64,000 nucleotides of DNA from a virus: positions 1 through 64,000 of the IMG/VR virus record IMGVR_UViG_3300010885_036069; one strand, 5' to 3'. The notes under the pieces are model-generated. The model was given only the letters and a program-made list of their open reading frames with translations, had not been told where the DNA came from and did not search any database. Positions 27,222-37,122 of the stretch are shown here, one piece after another. The position numbers were made by a program, and so were the translations under genes. Each line of letters starts with the position of its first letter. Position 1 is the first letter of the stretch.

Positions 27222-29141
27222 ATGCCGAATACCACCGGCGAGCTGCTACTCGCTGACGATCACTTGGTCGCTGACTTCCCCTACGATGCTGGCCAAGTTC
27301 GAGAAATCAAGATGATCAGCGGGGCTGCCTGGGACAAGGTTGCCAGGGTCTGGCGCCTCCCAGTCAGTTCCATTGAGGAGTCCCGCAGGTTTGCTGATCG
27401 ACACGACTTTTATATTTCCCCAGACGTGATGAAGCTCACGATTCCGGGGGTGAAGATGTCACAATCTAGGGTGTGGGTCGAGGAAAGTCAAGTATTTGTT
27501 GAGTTTCCATACGATCCAGTCATGGTTGAGGTCATTCGCCGGGTCGAGAACGTGCTTTTCAGTAAGTCGAGGAAGGTCTGGGCAGCCCCGCTATCTTCCC
27601 TGGGCGAAGTACTCGAACTCGCTGGGAAGTTCAGCCTGGTGGTCGATTCCGGCGCAATCGAGGCACATCGACGACTTTCCGAGGCAGAACGTCGTTTGGT
27701 CGATCTTTCGTCATCGACTGACGCCCAGCTCGACCTCCCAGAGGTGGGCGGGACTCTCAGGCCCTATCAGCGCTCTGGGATCGCCTACGCCCTGGAGGCT
27801 CGTCGATGCTTTATTGCTGATGAAATGGGTACTGGGAAAACGATTCAGTCCCTGGTGGCGCTCGAAGCGATCAAGTCTTACCCAGCGATTGTTGTATGCC
27901 CTCCGACTCTGACGCTCAACTGGGCGCTCGAAGCATCGAAGTGGGTTCCAGGTCGAAGCGTTTCAATTGTCGAGAACAGGAAAGAGTTCCCCGGCCCCGC
28001 TGACATCACGATTGTTGGCTGGTCAAACATCTCGACCTGGGTCGAGGAGCTTTCCGGGGCATCGAGTTATATCTTCGATGAATCTCATTACGCGAAAACG
28101 CCCAACGCCCAGCGCACGAAGGCGGCAATCAAGATCTCAAAAGGCGCTCCAGGTTTAGTCCTGTGCCTCACTGGAACCCCGATCACAAATCGACCTGCTG
28201 AGTTCGCTCCACAACTGGACATTCTCGGAAGACTCGGTGACTTCGGGGGGCAATGGAAGTTCTACAAGCGTTACTGCGGAGCCTTCAGGGATCGATTCGG
28301 CGTCTGGCACACTGACGGAGCCAGTCACCTTGACGAACTCCACGAGAAACTTCGAGGCTCGTGTTACGTGCGTCGAACAAAAGACCAGGTACTTGACGAT
28401 CTTCCTCCTATGCTGCATAATCGAATCCTGGTAACGCCAGATCCGAAGGTTATGCGGGACTATCGACGAGCAGAAGATGACATTGCCAGGTACATGGCGG
28501 ATCGAGCGGCGGAAATTGCCAGGGAACTGGGACAATCACCTGGCTCGGCTGCTGTTATTGCGAAGATAAAGGCTGAAGCGAACGAACACCTGGTTCGAAT
28601 TGCTGCACTTCGACGACTCGCAGCCCTGGCAAAGATGTCGGCAGTCGATGAATGGGTCGGGACTCTGCTCGAATCTGGAGCAAAGGTTGTCCTGGCTGCA
28701 CATCATCGAGACGTTGTTAATGCCCTGGCGGAGAAGTTTGGAGGCCTCAAGATCCAGGGGGGAATGCTGGTGCAAGAGGTCGAGGACCACAAGTCCCGCT
28801 TTATGAACGAGCCTGAAGCGCGCGTAATCACTCTTTCAATCCAGGCTGCGAAGACTGGACACACGTTGACAGCGGCGCAAGACATTGCTTTTGTGGAGTT
28901 GCCATTCACTCCGGCTGACTTGGATCAAACTGCTGCTCGATGTCATCGAATTGGCCAGGCGGGAGTTGTTACTGCCCACTACATACTGGCGGCTGGGACA
29001 ATCGACGAGAAGATTGATCGACTGATTGCCATGAAGCGCTCGGTAGTCGATGCGGCGACGGATGGGATCGTATCTGACCAGGCGGTATCGGTAGGCTCCG
29101 AACTGGTGGCTGCGTATCTACAGATGGGCCTTGACGGCTAG
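27222..29141 (+). CDS. SNF2-family helicase with two HARP-like N-terminal domains
   Basis: ADEMGTGKT, DESH, LTGTP, QTAARCHRIGQ; FPYD...W repeats. Confidence 0.9.
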   Translation: MPNTTGELLLADDHLVADFPYDAGQVREIKMISGAAWDKVARVWRLPVSSIEESRRFADRHDFYISPDVMKLTIPGVKMSQSRVWVEESQVFVEFPYDPVMVEVIRRVENVLFSKSRKVWAAPLSSLGEVLELAGKFSLVVDSGAIEAHRRLSEAERRLVDLSSSTDAQLDLPEVGGTLRPYQRSGIAYALEARRCFIADEMGTGKTIQSLVALEAIKSYPAIVVCPPTLTLNWALEASKWVPGRSVSIVENRKEFPGPADITIVGWSNISTWVEELSGASSYIFDESHYAKTPNAQRTKAAIKISKGAPGLVLCLTGTPITNRPAEFAPQLDILGRLGDFGGQWKFYKRYCGAFRDRFGVWHTDGASHLDELHEKLRGSCYVRRTKDQVLDDLPPMLHNRILVTPDPKVMRDYRRAEDDIARYMADRAAEIARELGQSPGSAAVIAKIKAEANEHLVRIAALRRLAALAKMSAVDEWVGTLLESGAKVVLAAHHRDVVNALAEKFGGLKIQGGMLVQEVEDHKSRFMNEPEARVITLSIQAAKTGHTLTAAQDIAFVELPFTPADLDQTAARCHRIGQAGVVTAHYILAAGTIDEKIDRLIAMKRSVVDAATDGIVSDQAVSVGSELVAAYLQMGLDG

Positions 29142-29301
29142 CGGGACTTCTTGCGCTTTTTGATTTTCGTCCCAGGTGGCGGCGGATCTATCTGGCGAAC
29201 TGTTTCTGGGTGAGCCAAAGCTCGGTGCGTGTAGAACGATCGAGTTCCAGTCCACTTCCCACATAAGTCGCATGTAGTCGGGAACTCTGGTGATTCCTCG
29301 C

Positions 29302-29502
29302 TCACCAGTTCTGCTCAACGTACGCGTGCGTTTCATCGGAAACATATGCCTTGTGGAATGGATCAAGAGGCGTGGCGATGATCTTGTGTGAAATCTCTGA
29401 GCGGTGCGTGCTGAGAAGATTGAACCAGACCTGCGGGTAACGCATTTCTGGGTTCTTCTGGAACTCCTCACTTACGAGGGTAAGGAAATGGTCATACGTC
29501 AT
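29302..29502 (-). CDS. Small hypothetical protein
   Basis: MRYPQVWFN...DPFH; SD present. Confidence 0.6.
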   Translation of the reverse strand: MTYDHFLTLVSEEFQKNPEMRYPQVWFNLLSTHRSEISHKIIATPLDPFHKAYVSDETHAYVEQNW

Positions 29503-29550
29503 TGTCGTCCTTATTGTTCGTTAGGTCTGCGGGTGCTGTGAAGATAAGGG

Positions 29551-29970
29551 TCAAGCGAGGTGTTTCCATGTTTTTCCCATCTTGATTCGATAGATGGTTT
29601 TAGTTGAAACTCCATACTTTTTCGCGAGTTCTGAGTTAGTCATGTCAAGGAGGGTATTTCTGATTTCAACGACCTGTGCTTCGGTAAGAACAGCACCATG
29701 CTGTCCTTCTCCAACAGGCCCTCTGCCCCGTCCCTTTCTTTTCATGTCTGCCATATTCTCAGCGTGAGTTCCCCCACGAAGGTGTCTTGGGTTGTAGCAG
29801 CATGGAACATCACACATATGAAGAACTTCTTCGGGATAGAAGTGGTGATATTCGTAGAAAACCTCTCGATGAATTGCTCTAACCTTCCCGTCAAACCACA
29901 TCATTCCATAGCCACTTGAGGTGATTGACACACTCGGCTGTCCCTTTGAAAGCCAGCAATCATTCATCAT
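29551..29970 (-). CDS. HNH homing-type endonuclease with C-terminal HTH
   Basis: VLHMCDVPCCYNPRHLRGGTHAENMAD; LAKKYGVS. Confidence 0.85.
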   Translation of the reverse strand: MMNDCWLSKGQPSVSITSSGYGMMWFDGKVRAIHREVFYEYHHFYPEEVLHMCDVPCCYNPRHLRGGTHAENMADMKRKGRGRGPVGEGQHGAVLTEAQVVEIRNTLLDMTNSELAKKYGVSTKTIYRIKMGKTWKHLA

Positions 29971-30388
29971 TGGCGACGGACCTCCGAGTGCTGTGGGTAT
30001 GGAGGTCAAGTAGCGAGGTGCTTCGGTAGTCGGACACTCCGAATGATTCCTCGTCTATGGTCCAGACGACTGTCCGGATACCTGATTCCATGAGTAACTT
30101 TCGACACCTTCTGCATGGCATGGCGAGGCTCCGAGTGCCAGATCGACTAACCCTGGCGACGTACATAGTCCCGCTCGGGTTGGCAACCTTCTGGAGGACA
30201 GCGGCTTCGGCGTGGACGGAGCATTCCTCCAAGGGCAACCCTGCCAGGCTTGGTTCATTGCGAAGGGTATTTGATGCTGCGGCGATGACACTACCACTCT
30301 TAACGAGGACAGCCCCCATCTGCCACCTGAGATATCGAGACTTCTCTGCTTGGGCTAGGGCAATTCGAAGCCCTCTCTGATGGCGCAT
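29960..30388 (-). CDS. Cytidine/dCMP deaminase-family protein
   Basis: HAE ... PCRRC. Confidence 0.8.
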   Translation of the reverse strand: MRHQRGLRIALAQAEKSRYLRWQMGAVLVKSGSVIAAASNTLRNEPSLAGLPLEECSVHAEAAVLQKVANPSGTMYVARVSRSGTRSLAMPCRRCRKLLMESGIRTVVWTIDEESFGVSDYRSTSLLDLHTHSTRRSVANDE

Positions 30389-30507
30389 TTGACGCAATCT
30401 ACAAGGGTTGGCGAGGATGGTCAATGATTGATTTTGATTAAAGTATTGCGCTCCAACGCATGGTTGAGTACAATGATCTTTCAAGTTCGCTACAGGAAGG
30501 AAAGATT

Positions 30508-30717
30508 ATGAAGCAATTTCTGATTGGCGTGGCCGTTGTTGGCGGATTCATTTTCTTGGTAATCGGAATGAATTGGTTCATCAAGGGTCCACCTGACGAA
30601 ATGCCAAGCGTGTGTCCTGTGATCTTGCGAGAGAACAAGACGTGGGTGGAGGATGGTTGGGTATTGACGGATGAGTTCCCGCCCAAGGGATGCATCCTCA
30701 CAGCAAGAACTAAGTGA
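30508..30717 (+). CDS. Small membrane-anchored protein
   Basis: N-terminal TM segment; SD. Confidence 0.6.
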   Translation: MKQFLIGVAVVGGFIFLVIGMNWFIKGPPDEMPSVCPVILRENKTWVEDGWVLTDEFPPKGCILTARTK

Positions 30718-30777
30718 AGTGCGAGTGGTCGCTCAGAAATGGGCGGCCACTTTCGCGCACACGCTAAGATGAGTGGC

Positions 30778-31773
30778 ATGGATGGACTAGAACGAAATGA
30801 AACATCTGGAGCGAGCTTCGCGTACAACGCTGAAACTGGCGCTCCTTGGCATCGACTAGGTGTTCCGATGGCCGGACATCAGACTCCAGACGCAATGCTC
30901 AAAGCGGCGTATGCCGACTACCGAGTTTCGCTGGAACCCATGTATGTCAAGTCCCCAGACGGAAGGCTCGTTCCGGTTGCTGGCCAATTCGCAACAGCCA
31001 GAACGAATCCCCATACTGGATCATTTGAAGCCCTTGGCACTGTAAAGTCCCGCTACACGGTGCTTCAGAATCACGAGGTCATTGAGCGCGCTCTTGCTGT
31101 AGTCGGAGCATCTAGGGGTGATGCTGTTATTGATACTGCTGGCGTCCTATTTGACGGGCGTCAGTTCTTTGCGTCCATTGACCTTGGGACATTAGTGATT
31201 GACCCAGGTGGAGTTGCGGACTCAATTTCTCGCTACCTCCTCGTGAAGACTGGACACGACGGAAATACCCCACTGACTTACGCAAATACGGATGTGCGAG
31301 CAGTATGTAATAACACTGTTGCTGCCGGCCTTGCGAAGGCAACACGAGTATTCAAGGCAAAGCACACCCCAAATGCCCACGGGCGGCTAGAGGAGGCGAG
31401 GGAAGTGCTAAATCTTTCAACGACATGGGCGAATGAGTTTCAAGCAATGGCGATGGAAATGCTCAGTATCAAGATGACTGCCGGAAAACTTGATCGTGTG
31501 ATTGATTCAGTCATTCCTCCAGTAGACACTGCTCGGCGTCAAGCAAATCGCAACGAAACAGTTGAAGCAATCAAGCACATCTACGCCGGACCAAAGAACG
31601 CTGCATTCGTAGGCGAGAATGGATGGGCAGCATGGAACGCAATCGTTGAATACTTTGATCACTATCGACCAGCGAACGATGATACTGAGCGCGCGCTTAC
31701 ATCTATGGATGAGTCAAGTTGGGTCACGCGGCGGAAGATCACTGCACAGTCGGCAGTACTTTCTCTCGCATGA
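30778..31773 (+). CDS. DUF932-family protein
   Basis: PWHRLG, YTVLQN, TAGVL, GHDG, RAVCNNT, WAAWNAIVEYFDH. Confidence 0.9.
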   Translation: MDGLERNETSGASFAYNAETGAPWHRLGVPMAGHQTPDAMLKAAYADYRVSLEPMYVKSPDGRLVPVAGQFATARTNPHTGSFEALGTVKSRYTVLQNHEVIERALAVVGASRGDAVIDTAGVLFDGRQFFASIDLGTLVIDPGGVADSISRYLLVKTGHDGNTPLTYANTDVRAVCNNTVAAGLAKATRVFKAKHTPNAHGRLEEAREVLNLSTTWANEFQAMAMEMLSIKMTAGKLDRVIDSVIPPVDTARRQANRNETVEAIKHIYAGPKNAAFVGENGWAAWNAIVEYFDHYRPANDDTERALTSMDESSWVTRRKITAQSAVLSLA

Positions 31774-32132
31774 GGGTAGAACTGTGGATGGCAAGCGACC
31801 TTGCTCGCTTACCAGGCGTGTCGCTTCCTGAATATCAACACAGGTTGGCATTCTTCTACAATGACACAACCTCAAAAGATGCAAAGTTTGCTGCTGAGCG
31901 CGCGTGGCGGATCACTAATGCTGCAATCAATCGCCTAGAGGGCGAGGATCTTAAACTTCGCCAAGATTTTCAATCGGTTGCACCTGGTCAGGCGTTGAGT
32001 TTTGGCGACATTGTAAAGGTTGATGGATCTTCGTTTATGTGCGAGAAGAATGGATTCTCTGTGTATGTGTCTGGAGAAACAAAAAGGCCGATCCCCGCTA
32101 AGAGGATCGGCCTTGATGCCATTAAGCCTTAG
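31770..32132 (+). CDS. Hypothetical protein (YodL-like SLSxGD motif)
   Basis: ALSFGDIVKVDG...CEKNGF; ATGA overlap. Confidence 0.6.
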   Translation: MRVELWMASDLARLPGVSLPEYQHRLAFFYNDTTSKDAKFAAERAWRITNAAINRLEGEDLKLRQDFQSVAPGQALSFGDIVKVDGSSFMCEKNGFSVYVSGETKRPIPAKRIGLDAIKP

Positions 32133-33205
32133 TTATTGAGCAGTGCAGCCCAAGTCTGAGGGCCAACGATTCCATCAGTCTGAAGTCCACTATTTGATTG
32201 GAACTGACGGACAGCACCATCAGTTGCTGGACCAAAGATCCCATCGCTGACGAGGCTGTATCCCTTAGCGTTCAGTCCAACCTGAAGCATCTTTACCTCT
32301 CCGCCATTTGAACCAAGGCGAAGGACTGTCTTAGTCGCGGCGTCAAGTGCTGCGAGGAAAGAGTTGTCCGGAGATACCTGCTCAACAGCAGGAAGGTTGG
32401 AGAGGAACACAAACAGGTTGTGAGTTGCCTCTTCTGTCTGCGGACCCCAAATGCCATCTGGCGTGACCTTGAGGTTCTTCTGCCATTGAATCACAGCCCT
32501 CTCAGTCTGAGGTCCGTATACTCCATCCTGAGGCACACCAACGACCTGCTGGATTTCGCGTACCTTGTTGCCTGTTGATCCGACCTGCCATACAGACTGG
32601 CTCGGTACGGGGACGGGGACGGTAGGGATTGGAGGTGCGACGGGGGCTGAACCACTGTGGCGCTCAATTGCTTGAAGAAGCATTGAATCAAAGATCCAGC
32701 GATCTTCTCGTCGGCTCCAAGCGTCACTTCGATCCCAAGGCTGAACATCGCCGTGATGGGCCAATCCAGGCCGGTTCTTTACGTCCTCACCAATGAACTG
32801 AGAGGCAGAAGCAATATCAATCCCGTTTCGCTGCCAGAAGGCGACGATCTCGCGGGCCATGTTGTCAATCTCTGTTTGAGTGTCAGGACTGTCGGGAACG
32901 AGGGCGGCTGACTGTGCTGCAATGGCAATCATCCAACAACGAGAGTTGAAGCCCGAGGCGGCCACGCCATAGGCCGTATATTCATCTGGCATCATCATGA
33001 CTGCGGCGTTTGGTTCTGAATCAACCAAGCAGTGATAACTGCCCGGATCCTGACGTCGAGCGATGAATGCGGCGGTGTTCTCTGCTGAGGTGTACCCACC
33101 ACTTCCTTCAGTGGTGTGGATAACTACACCACCTGACACGCCATTGTTGCGTGACGGCCAGAACTGTTGGCTTGCTGGCGGGTTGTCAATGAGGTAGTAG
33201 CCCAT
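32129..33205 (-). CDS. Endolysin: N-acetylmuramoyl-L-alanine amidase + 2 peptidoglycan-binding domains
   Basis: VVIHTTE, SYHCLVD, HHGDV; DGVYGPQT / DGIFGPAT..AVRQFQ. Confidence 0.85.
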   Translation of the reverse strand: MGYYLIDNPPASQQFWPSRNNGVSGGVVIHTTEGSGGYTSAENTAAFIARRQDPGSYHCLVDSEPNAAVMMMPDEYTAYGVAASGFNSRCWMIAIAAQSAALVPDSPDTQTEIDNMAREIVAFWQRNGIDIASASQFIGEDVKNRPGLAHHGDVQPWDRSDAWSRREDRWIFDSMLLQAIERHSGSAPVAPPIPTVPVPVPSQSVWQVGSTGNKVREIQQVVGVPQDGVYGPQTERAVIQWQKNLKVTPDGIWGPQTEEATHNLFVFLSNLPAVEQVSPDNSFLAALDAATKTVLRLGSNGGEVKMLQVGLNAKGYSLVSDGIFGPATDGAVRQFQSNSGLQTDGIVGPQTWAALLNN

Positions 33206-33234
33206 ATGGACTCCTTTTCTAGTGATCGTATGTG

Positions 33235-33462
33235 TCAGTCTAACTTATTTGCCAAGTCAGCGAAATTAGTTATTTCGCATGTGATTACATCTTCAGTCAT
33301 GCCAACCACCTTGAATCCCAAGGCCTCAAGGAATACATCAGCGAGATCCTCGCTCTCATCAAACTCCTCGTCTGAGGGGTCTTGATCGGGGTCAAGCATC
33401 AGGTCAAGGAAGATGCTTTGGATGGCGTCGCGTACTTTCAGAGTTGCATCTTGTTCGTTCAT
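33235..33462 (-). CDS. Small acidic protein
   Basis: Asp/Glu-rich ORF. Confidence 0.55.
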   Translation of the reverse strand: MNEQDATLKVRDAIQSIFLDLMLDPDQDPSDEEFDESEDLADVFLEALGFKVVGMTEDVITCEITNFADLANKLD

Positions 33463-33568
33463 GACTTGACCCTACCCTTGCACCTGTGTAGAGTGCAAAT
33501 ACCTCCCCCACTTGGGGGCAGGTGTCTAATAGATGCGGATACGTCCGTCCAAGCGAGAAGGTACATAT

Positions 33569-34006
33569 ATGAATAACGCCCAAGTAACGGTCGTTGGCAA
33601 CCTCACTGCCGACCCCGAACTGAAGTTCTTTGAGTCTGGAAGCGCAAAGCTCACATTCTCAGTTGCTGCTGATCGCAGTTGGAAGAAGGGCGATGAATGG
33701 GAAACCCAGACATCGTTCTTCAATGTCATTGCATGGCGTGATGTTGCAGAGAATGCTGCTGACGTCATTGGCAAGGGCATGCGAGTTGTTGTAGTCGGTC
33801 GGCTTGAACAGCGTTCATGGGAAACCCCCGAGGGCGATAAGCGTTATGCCATTGAGGTTGTTGCGGATGAAATCGCTGCATCAGTCAAGGGCATTGAAAG
33901 CGCTGTTCGTCGTCAGCGTGGTGAAGGTGGCGGAGCGAAGTCTGCTCCCACTCCACGAAAGGCCGCTGCTAGCGATCGAGTAGTGCCAGACGAAGAAGCC
34001 TGGTGA
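33569..34006 (+). CDS. ssb: Single-stranded DNA-binding protein
   Basis: VTVVGNLTADPELKF...KGMRVVVVGRLEQRSWET. Confidence 0.95.
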   Translation: MNNAQVTVVGNLTADPELKFFESGSAKLTFSVAADRSWKKGDEWETQTSFFNVIAWRDVAENAADVIGKGMRVVVVGRLEQRSWETPEGDKRYAIEVVADEIAASVKGIESAVRRQRGEGGGAKSAPTPRKAAASDRVVPDEEAW

Positions 34007-34007
34007 T

Positions 34008-34286
34008 CTAGCGATCACGAAGGGTCAGTTCCGAAAACCGGAGCTGGCCCTTCTTTCGCGCTAACGCCTGACGCTGATTGACTGTGTAGCCACCCCACAC
34101 CCCGTGCCTCTCTTCTGTGGCAATAGCATGATCAAGACATTGCTCTCTAACTTGACACACGCCATGACAGATTGAAATGGCAAGTTTCTGTTCGGGTACA
34201 CCTGGGTCGGCATACCAATTAGCACCAACAGCGTTGTATGTTTTACACGCAGAGAGTTTCATCCATGTCAGTTCATCAGGTTCCAT
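34008..34286 (-). CDS. whiB: WhiB-family transcription regulator (second copy)
   Basis: SAC...ICHGVCQVREQCLDHAI...HGVWGG; leaderless SigA promoter upstream. Confidence 0.85.
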   Translation of the reverse strand: MEPDELTWMKLSACKTYNAVGANWYADPGVPEQKLAISICHGVCQVREQCLDHAIATEERHGVWGGYTVNQRQALARKKGQLRFSELTLRDR

Positions 34287-34350
34287 AAGTGAAGTATTGA
34301 CTGGACTGAACATCAATGTCAATGATTTCTTTTGATGATTAGAGGTGCGT

Positions 34351-34752
34351 ATGAATAACGAAGTTATGGAACTGTTCAGCGAATGTCCGAGCATGCTTCA
34401 AATGGCACTAGCAATGGATGTTGTTGAGGGGGAACTTGACGGTGCTACGGGATTTCCATCGCTAAGGGCAGTAGCGAAGCACTGTCTTACGGGAAGTCCT
34501 ATCGCTGATTCTGAAGTAGCGGAGTGCAGTGAGTTGCTTGATGGGTGGGTTAGCACTCAACAAGCATTGCAGGCCGAGTGCTTTGAGGTACTGGCGCAAC
34601 TTGAAGAGGTCATGCCCACTAGCGACCTTGATAACATGCCCGATTGGCCATGGACTGAATGGGGTAAGACGCTGAAGCACCCGTGGTCTGAGCGTCTTAC
34701 TGAAGCGATTGAATGGGCGCACTTCTATTTGGATGCCAAGAAGGTGAAATAG
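34351..34752 (+). CDS. Hypothetical protein
   Basis: ORF with GAGG SD. Confidence 0.6.
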   Translation: MNNEVMELFSECPSMLQMALAMDVVEGELDGATGFPSLRAVAKHCLTGSPIADSEVAECSELLDGWVSTQQALQAECFEVLAQLEEVMPTSDLDNMPDWPWTEWGKTLKHPWSERLTEAIEWAHFYLDAKKVK

Positions 34753-35225
34753 TGGGGTATCGGCACAGTGGTCCGAGGCGTGACATAAAGAGAGTTAGCC
34801 GAGTTGGTGAGTATGGGTCGGTCTGGTGGCTCCACGAGCTTGAGTGCGGACACATAGAGAAGAGGAAGCGTGCCTCCTCAAAGTCTCAGGTTGGGTGTGC
34901 GGCCTGCAAGTCCGAGGAGCGAATGAAGATTGGCGTAATGCGTCACTCTGACTTTGATTCAGGTTCGGATGCTCAGGTTCAGATTGAGGCTGACCAACTG
35001 AAGGCAAAACTTGCCTCTGCTCTCGGCGTGCCTCTTGATGCTGTTGGCGTTCAAGTAGCCATGACCGGTCAGAAGTTGCAGATCAGTGGAGCGATGATAT
35101 TCCTTCACCCCCAAGCAGCAAACGGCGTGGTGAAAAGATTTGACAATGGAATTATGTCTGACTATGTTGAAAATCATAACGAAATGGGGCAGGAAGTCCC
35201 TTATTACCTAGGAGATAGCGAATGA
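34752..35225 (+). CDS. Hypothetical Zn-ribbon protein
   Basis: LECGH ... CAAC. Confidence 0.6.
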   Translation: MGYRHSGPRRDIKRVSRVGEYGSVWWLHELECGHIEKRKRASSKSQVGCAACKSEERMKIGVMRHSDFDSGSDAQVQIEADQLKAKLASALGVPLDAVGVQVAMTGQKLQISGAMIFLHPQAANGVVKRFDNGIMSDYVENHNEMGQEVPYYLGDSE

Positions 35226-36196
35226 ACTCATCTGAACGATCACAGCGTGATGCGTTGATCAAGGATGCTTATGATCATGGTGAGCGTATTGCGAATATCG
35301 CAAGTGCCACTAGTACATCCGAGGCAGTGGTCTATTCGATCATTCGGTCAGGGCGTAAGGATGGCACTGTCACTCGCACTAGTCGCTCGGCATACTTGGC
35401 CGATCCGGAGAAGGTGGCTAAGCGCCAGAAGCGCAATGCGGCAGTGGTTGAAATGTACGAATCGGGAATGACCCTTGCTGAAATCGGTTCCTCACTTGGC
35501 ATAAGTGGGGAAGCAGTTCGGAAGATCATCCGAAATAGCGCAGGACTCAGTGATGAGATGAAGACCGCCTCGTACTACAAGGAGCGTCGCTACGAGCGGT
35601 TTGTCAATGAGTATGGGGAAAAGGTTGATGCGCTCTTTGATGAGAAGCGCAACATGGCTGAAGTGATCGCCTCCTTCCCCGAGCTGAAGGCGACAGACGT
35701 CAAGCGATTCCTCAAAGCAAAGTCAAAGTCAGTTGTCCAGACGCGCACATCAAGAATGCACTGGACAAAGGAGCGCATCATTAGCGTCCTCAAGGATGCT
35801 GCTGATGAGCGTGATCGCCTTTCTACTGTTGATTACGACAAGTGGCGCAACTCTGGTGCGCTCTTTGAGGGTCGTATCCCACCCACGAAACTGGTCATCT
35901 GCTGGCGCTTTGATACCTGGAACAATGCGATTGAGGCTGCTGGCCTTGATCCAATCAGTTCTAAGCGTCGTGTCTACTCACGGTCTTGGAATCGCTCTGA
36001 TGCAATCACAGCAGTTCGTACCTACGCCAGCGAGTCGCTTGATATGGGTAAGCGCCCCACTTCCGCTGGATACGAGAAGTGGAGTCCATCGAAGAGCGGG
36101 GTTCCATGTCGGGCAACACTCGCATACGCCTCAGGTGGAATGAAGTGGTCAGAGATGTTGCGTGAAGCATTTGATGGGATTGAGGAGAATCAGTGA
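35222..36196 (+). CDS. Multi-HTH protein with two homing-endonuclease-associated repeats
   Basis: Two sigma70-r4-like HTHs; WTKERII...RFDTWNNAIEAAGL repeat. Confidence 0.7.
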   Translation: MNSSERSQRDALIKDAYDHGERIANIASATSTSEAVVYSIIRSGRKDGTVTRTSRSAYLADPEKVAKRQKRNAAVVEMYESGMTLAEIGSSLGISGEAVRKIIRNSAGLSDEMKTASYYKERRYERFVNEYGEKVDALFDEKRNMAEVIASFPELKATDVKRFLKAKSKSVVQTRTSRMHWTKERIISVLKDAADERDRLSTVDYDKWRNSGALFEGRIPPTKLVICWRFDTWNNAIEAAGLDPISSKRRVYSRSWNRSDAITAVRTYASESLDMGKRPTSAGYEKWSPSKSGVPCRATLAYASGGMKWSEMLREAFDGIEENQ

Positions 36197-37122
36197 ATAG
36201 CACAAAGCGACAGGCACGCAATCAGGAAATCATCAATGACTACAACTCACGAATGAAGGTTGTTGACATTGCCCGCAAGCATGACCTCAGTGTTGTTTCG
36301 CTCTCGGTGATCATCAGGGCTGCTCGCACCTTGGGTCATGTGACATGGGATGGCAAGGAGGATAAGTCAGAGCGCAATCAGTCAATCATTGCTCAGTATC
36401 AGTCAGGACTCACCATGGAGTCCATTGCTCAGGGATATGGACTTTCCCGTGAGCGCATTCGTCAGATCCTCAGCGACAATGACATTGAGTCACGCTCACT
36501 CACTCAAGCAAATGAGGAGGCTTACAGGAACTGGGTACTTGAGAATGGTGATGAGGTCAACGAAACATTTGATCGCGTTCGCAGTATCAGTGGAACTGCT
36601 GCTGCCCTCCCAACACACCCAACAACTTGGGTTCGTCGCTTCTTGAGCAATCGCAAGCACGAGTCAATCCGAACAAAGGGTTCTGAGAAGTTCTGGAATA
36701 GAGAACGCTTGATCGCTGTGGTGAAGGACGCTTCAATTGATGGGGTGCTGACCATTCCTCGCTATCAGAGGTGGCGCAACTCCGGAGTGAAGTTTGAGGG
36801 TCGCACTCCACCCACACATGCCATCATCGTCTGGACATTTGGGTCGTGGAACAAGGCTCTCTTAGAGGCCGGCATTACCTCATCAGAGAGAAAGAACAAT
36901 CGGATCTACTCACGCACATGGTCAGTTGATGATGCTTACAGTGCTGTGCGTGTCTACTCATCCGAAATGATGAGCATGGGAAAGCGCCCCACATTCGCTG
37001 GCTATGGTGAGTGGAGTCATGAGAACCCTGGCTACCCATCCAACACATACATTCGAGTGTTGACAAACAAGCCATGGGCCGAAGTTCTTCGTGAAGTGAT
37101 GACACCAACTAAAGAGTCATGA
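36193..37122 (+). CDS. Paralog of the preceding multi-HTH protein
   Basis: GLTMESIAQGYGLSRERIRQI; TFGSWNKALLEAGI; colinear similarity. Confidence 0.75.
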   Translation: MNSTKRQARNQEIINDYNSRMKVVDIARKHDLSVVSLSVIIRAARTLGHVTWDGKEDKSERNQSIIAQYQSGLTMESIAQGYGLSRERIRQILSDNDIESRSLTQANEEAYRNWVLENGDEVNETFDRVRSISGTAAALPTHPTTWVRRFLSNRKHESIRTKGSEKFWNRERLIAVVKDASIDGVLTIPRYQRWRNSGVKFEGRTPPTHAIIVWTFGSWNKALLEAGITSSERKNNRIYSRTWSVDDAYSAVRVYSSEMMSMGKRPTFAGYGEWSHENPGYPSNTYIRVLTNKPWAEVLREVMTPTKES

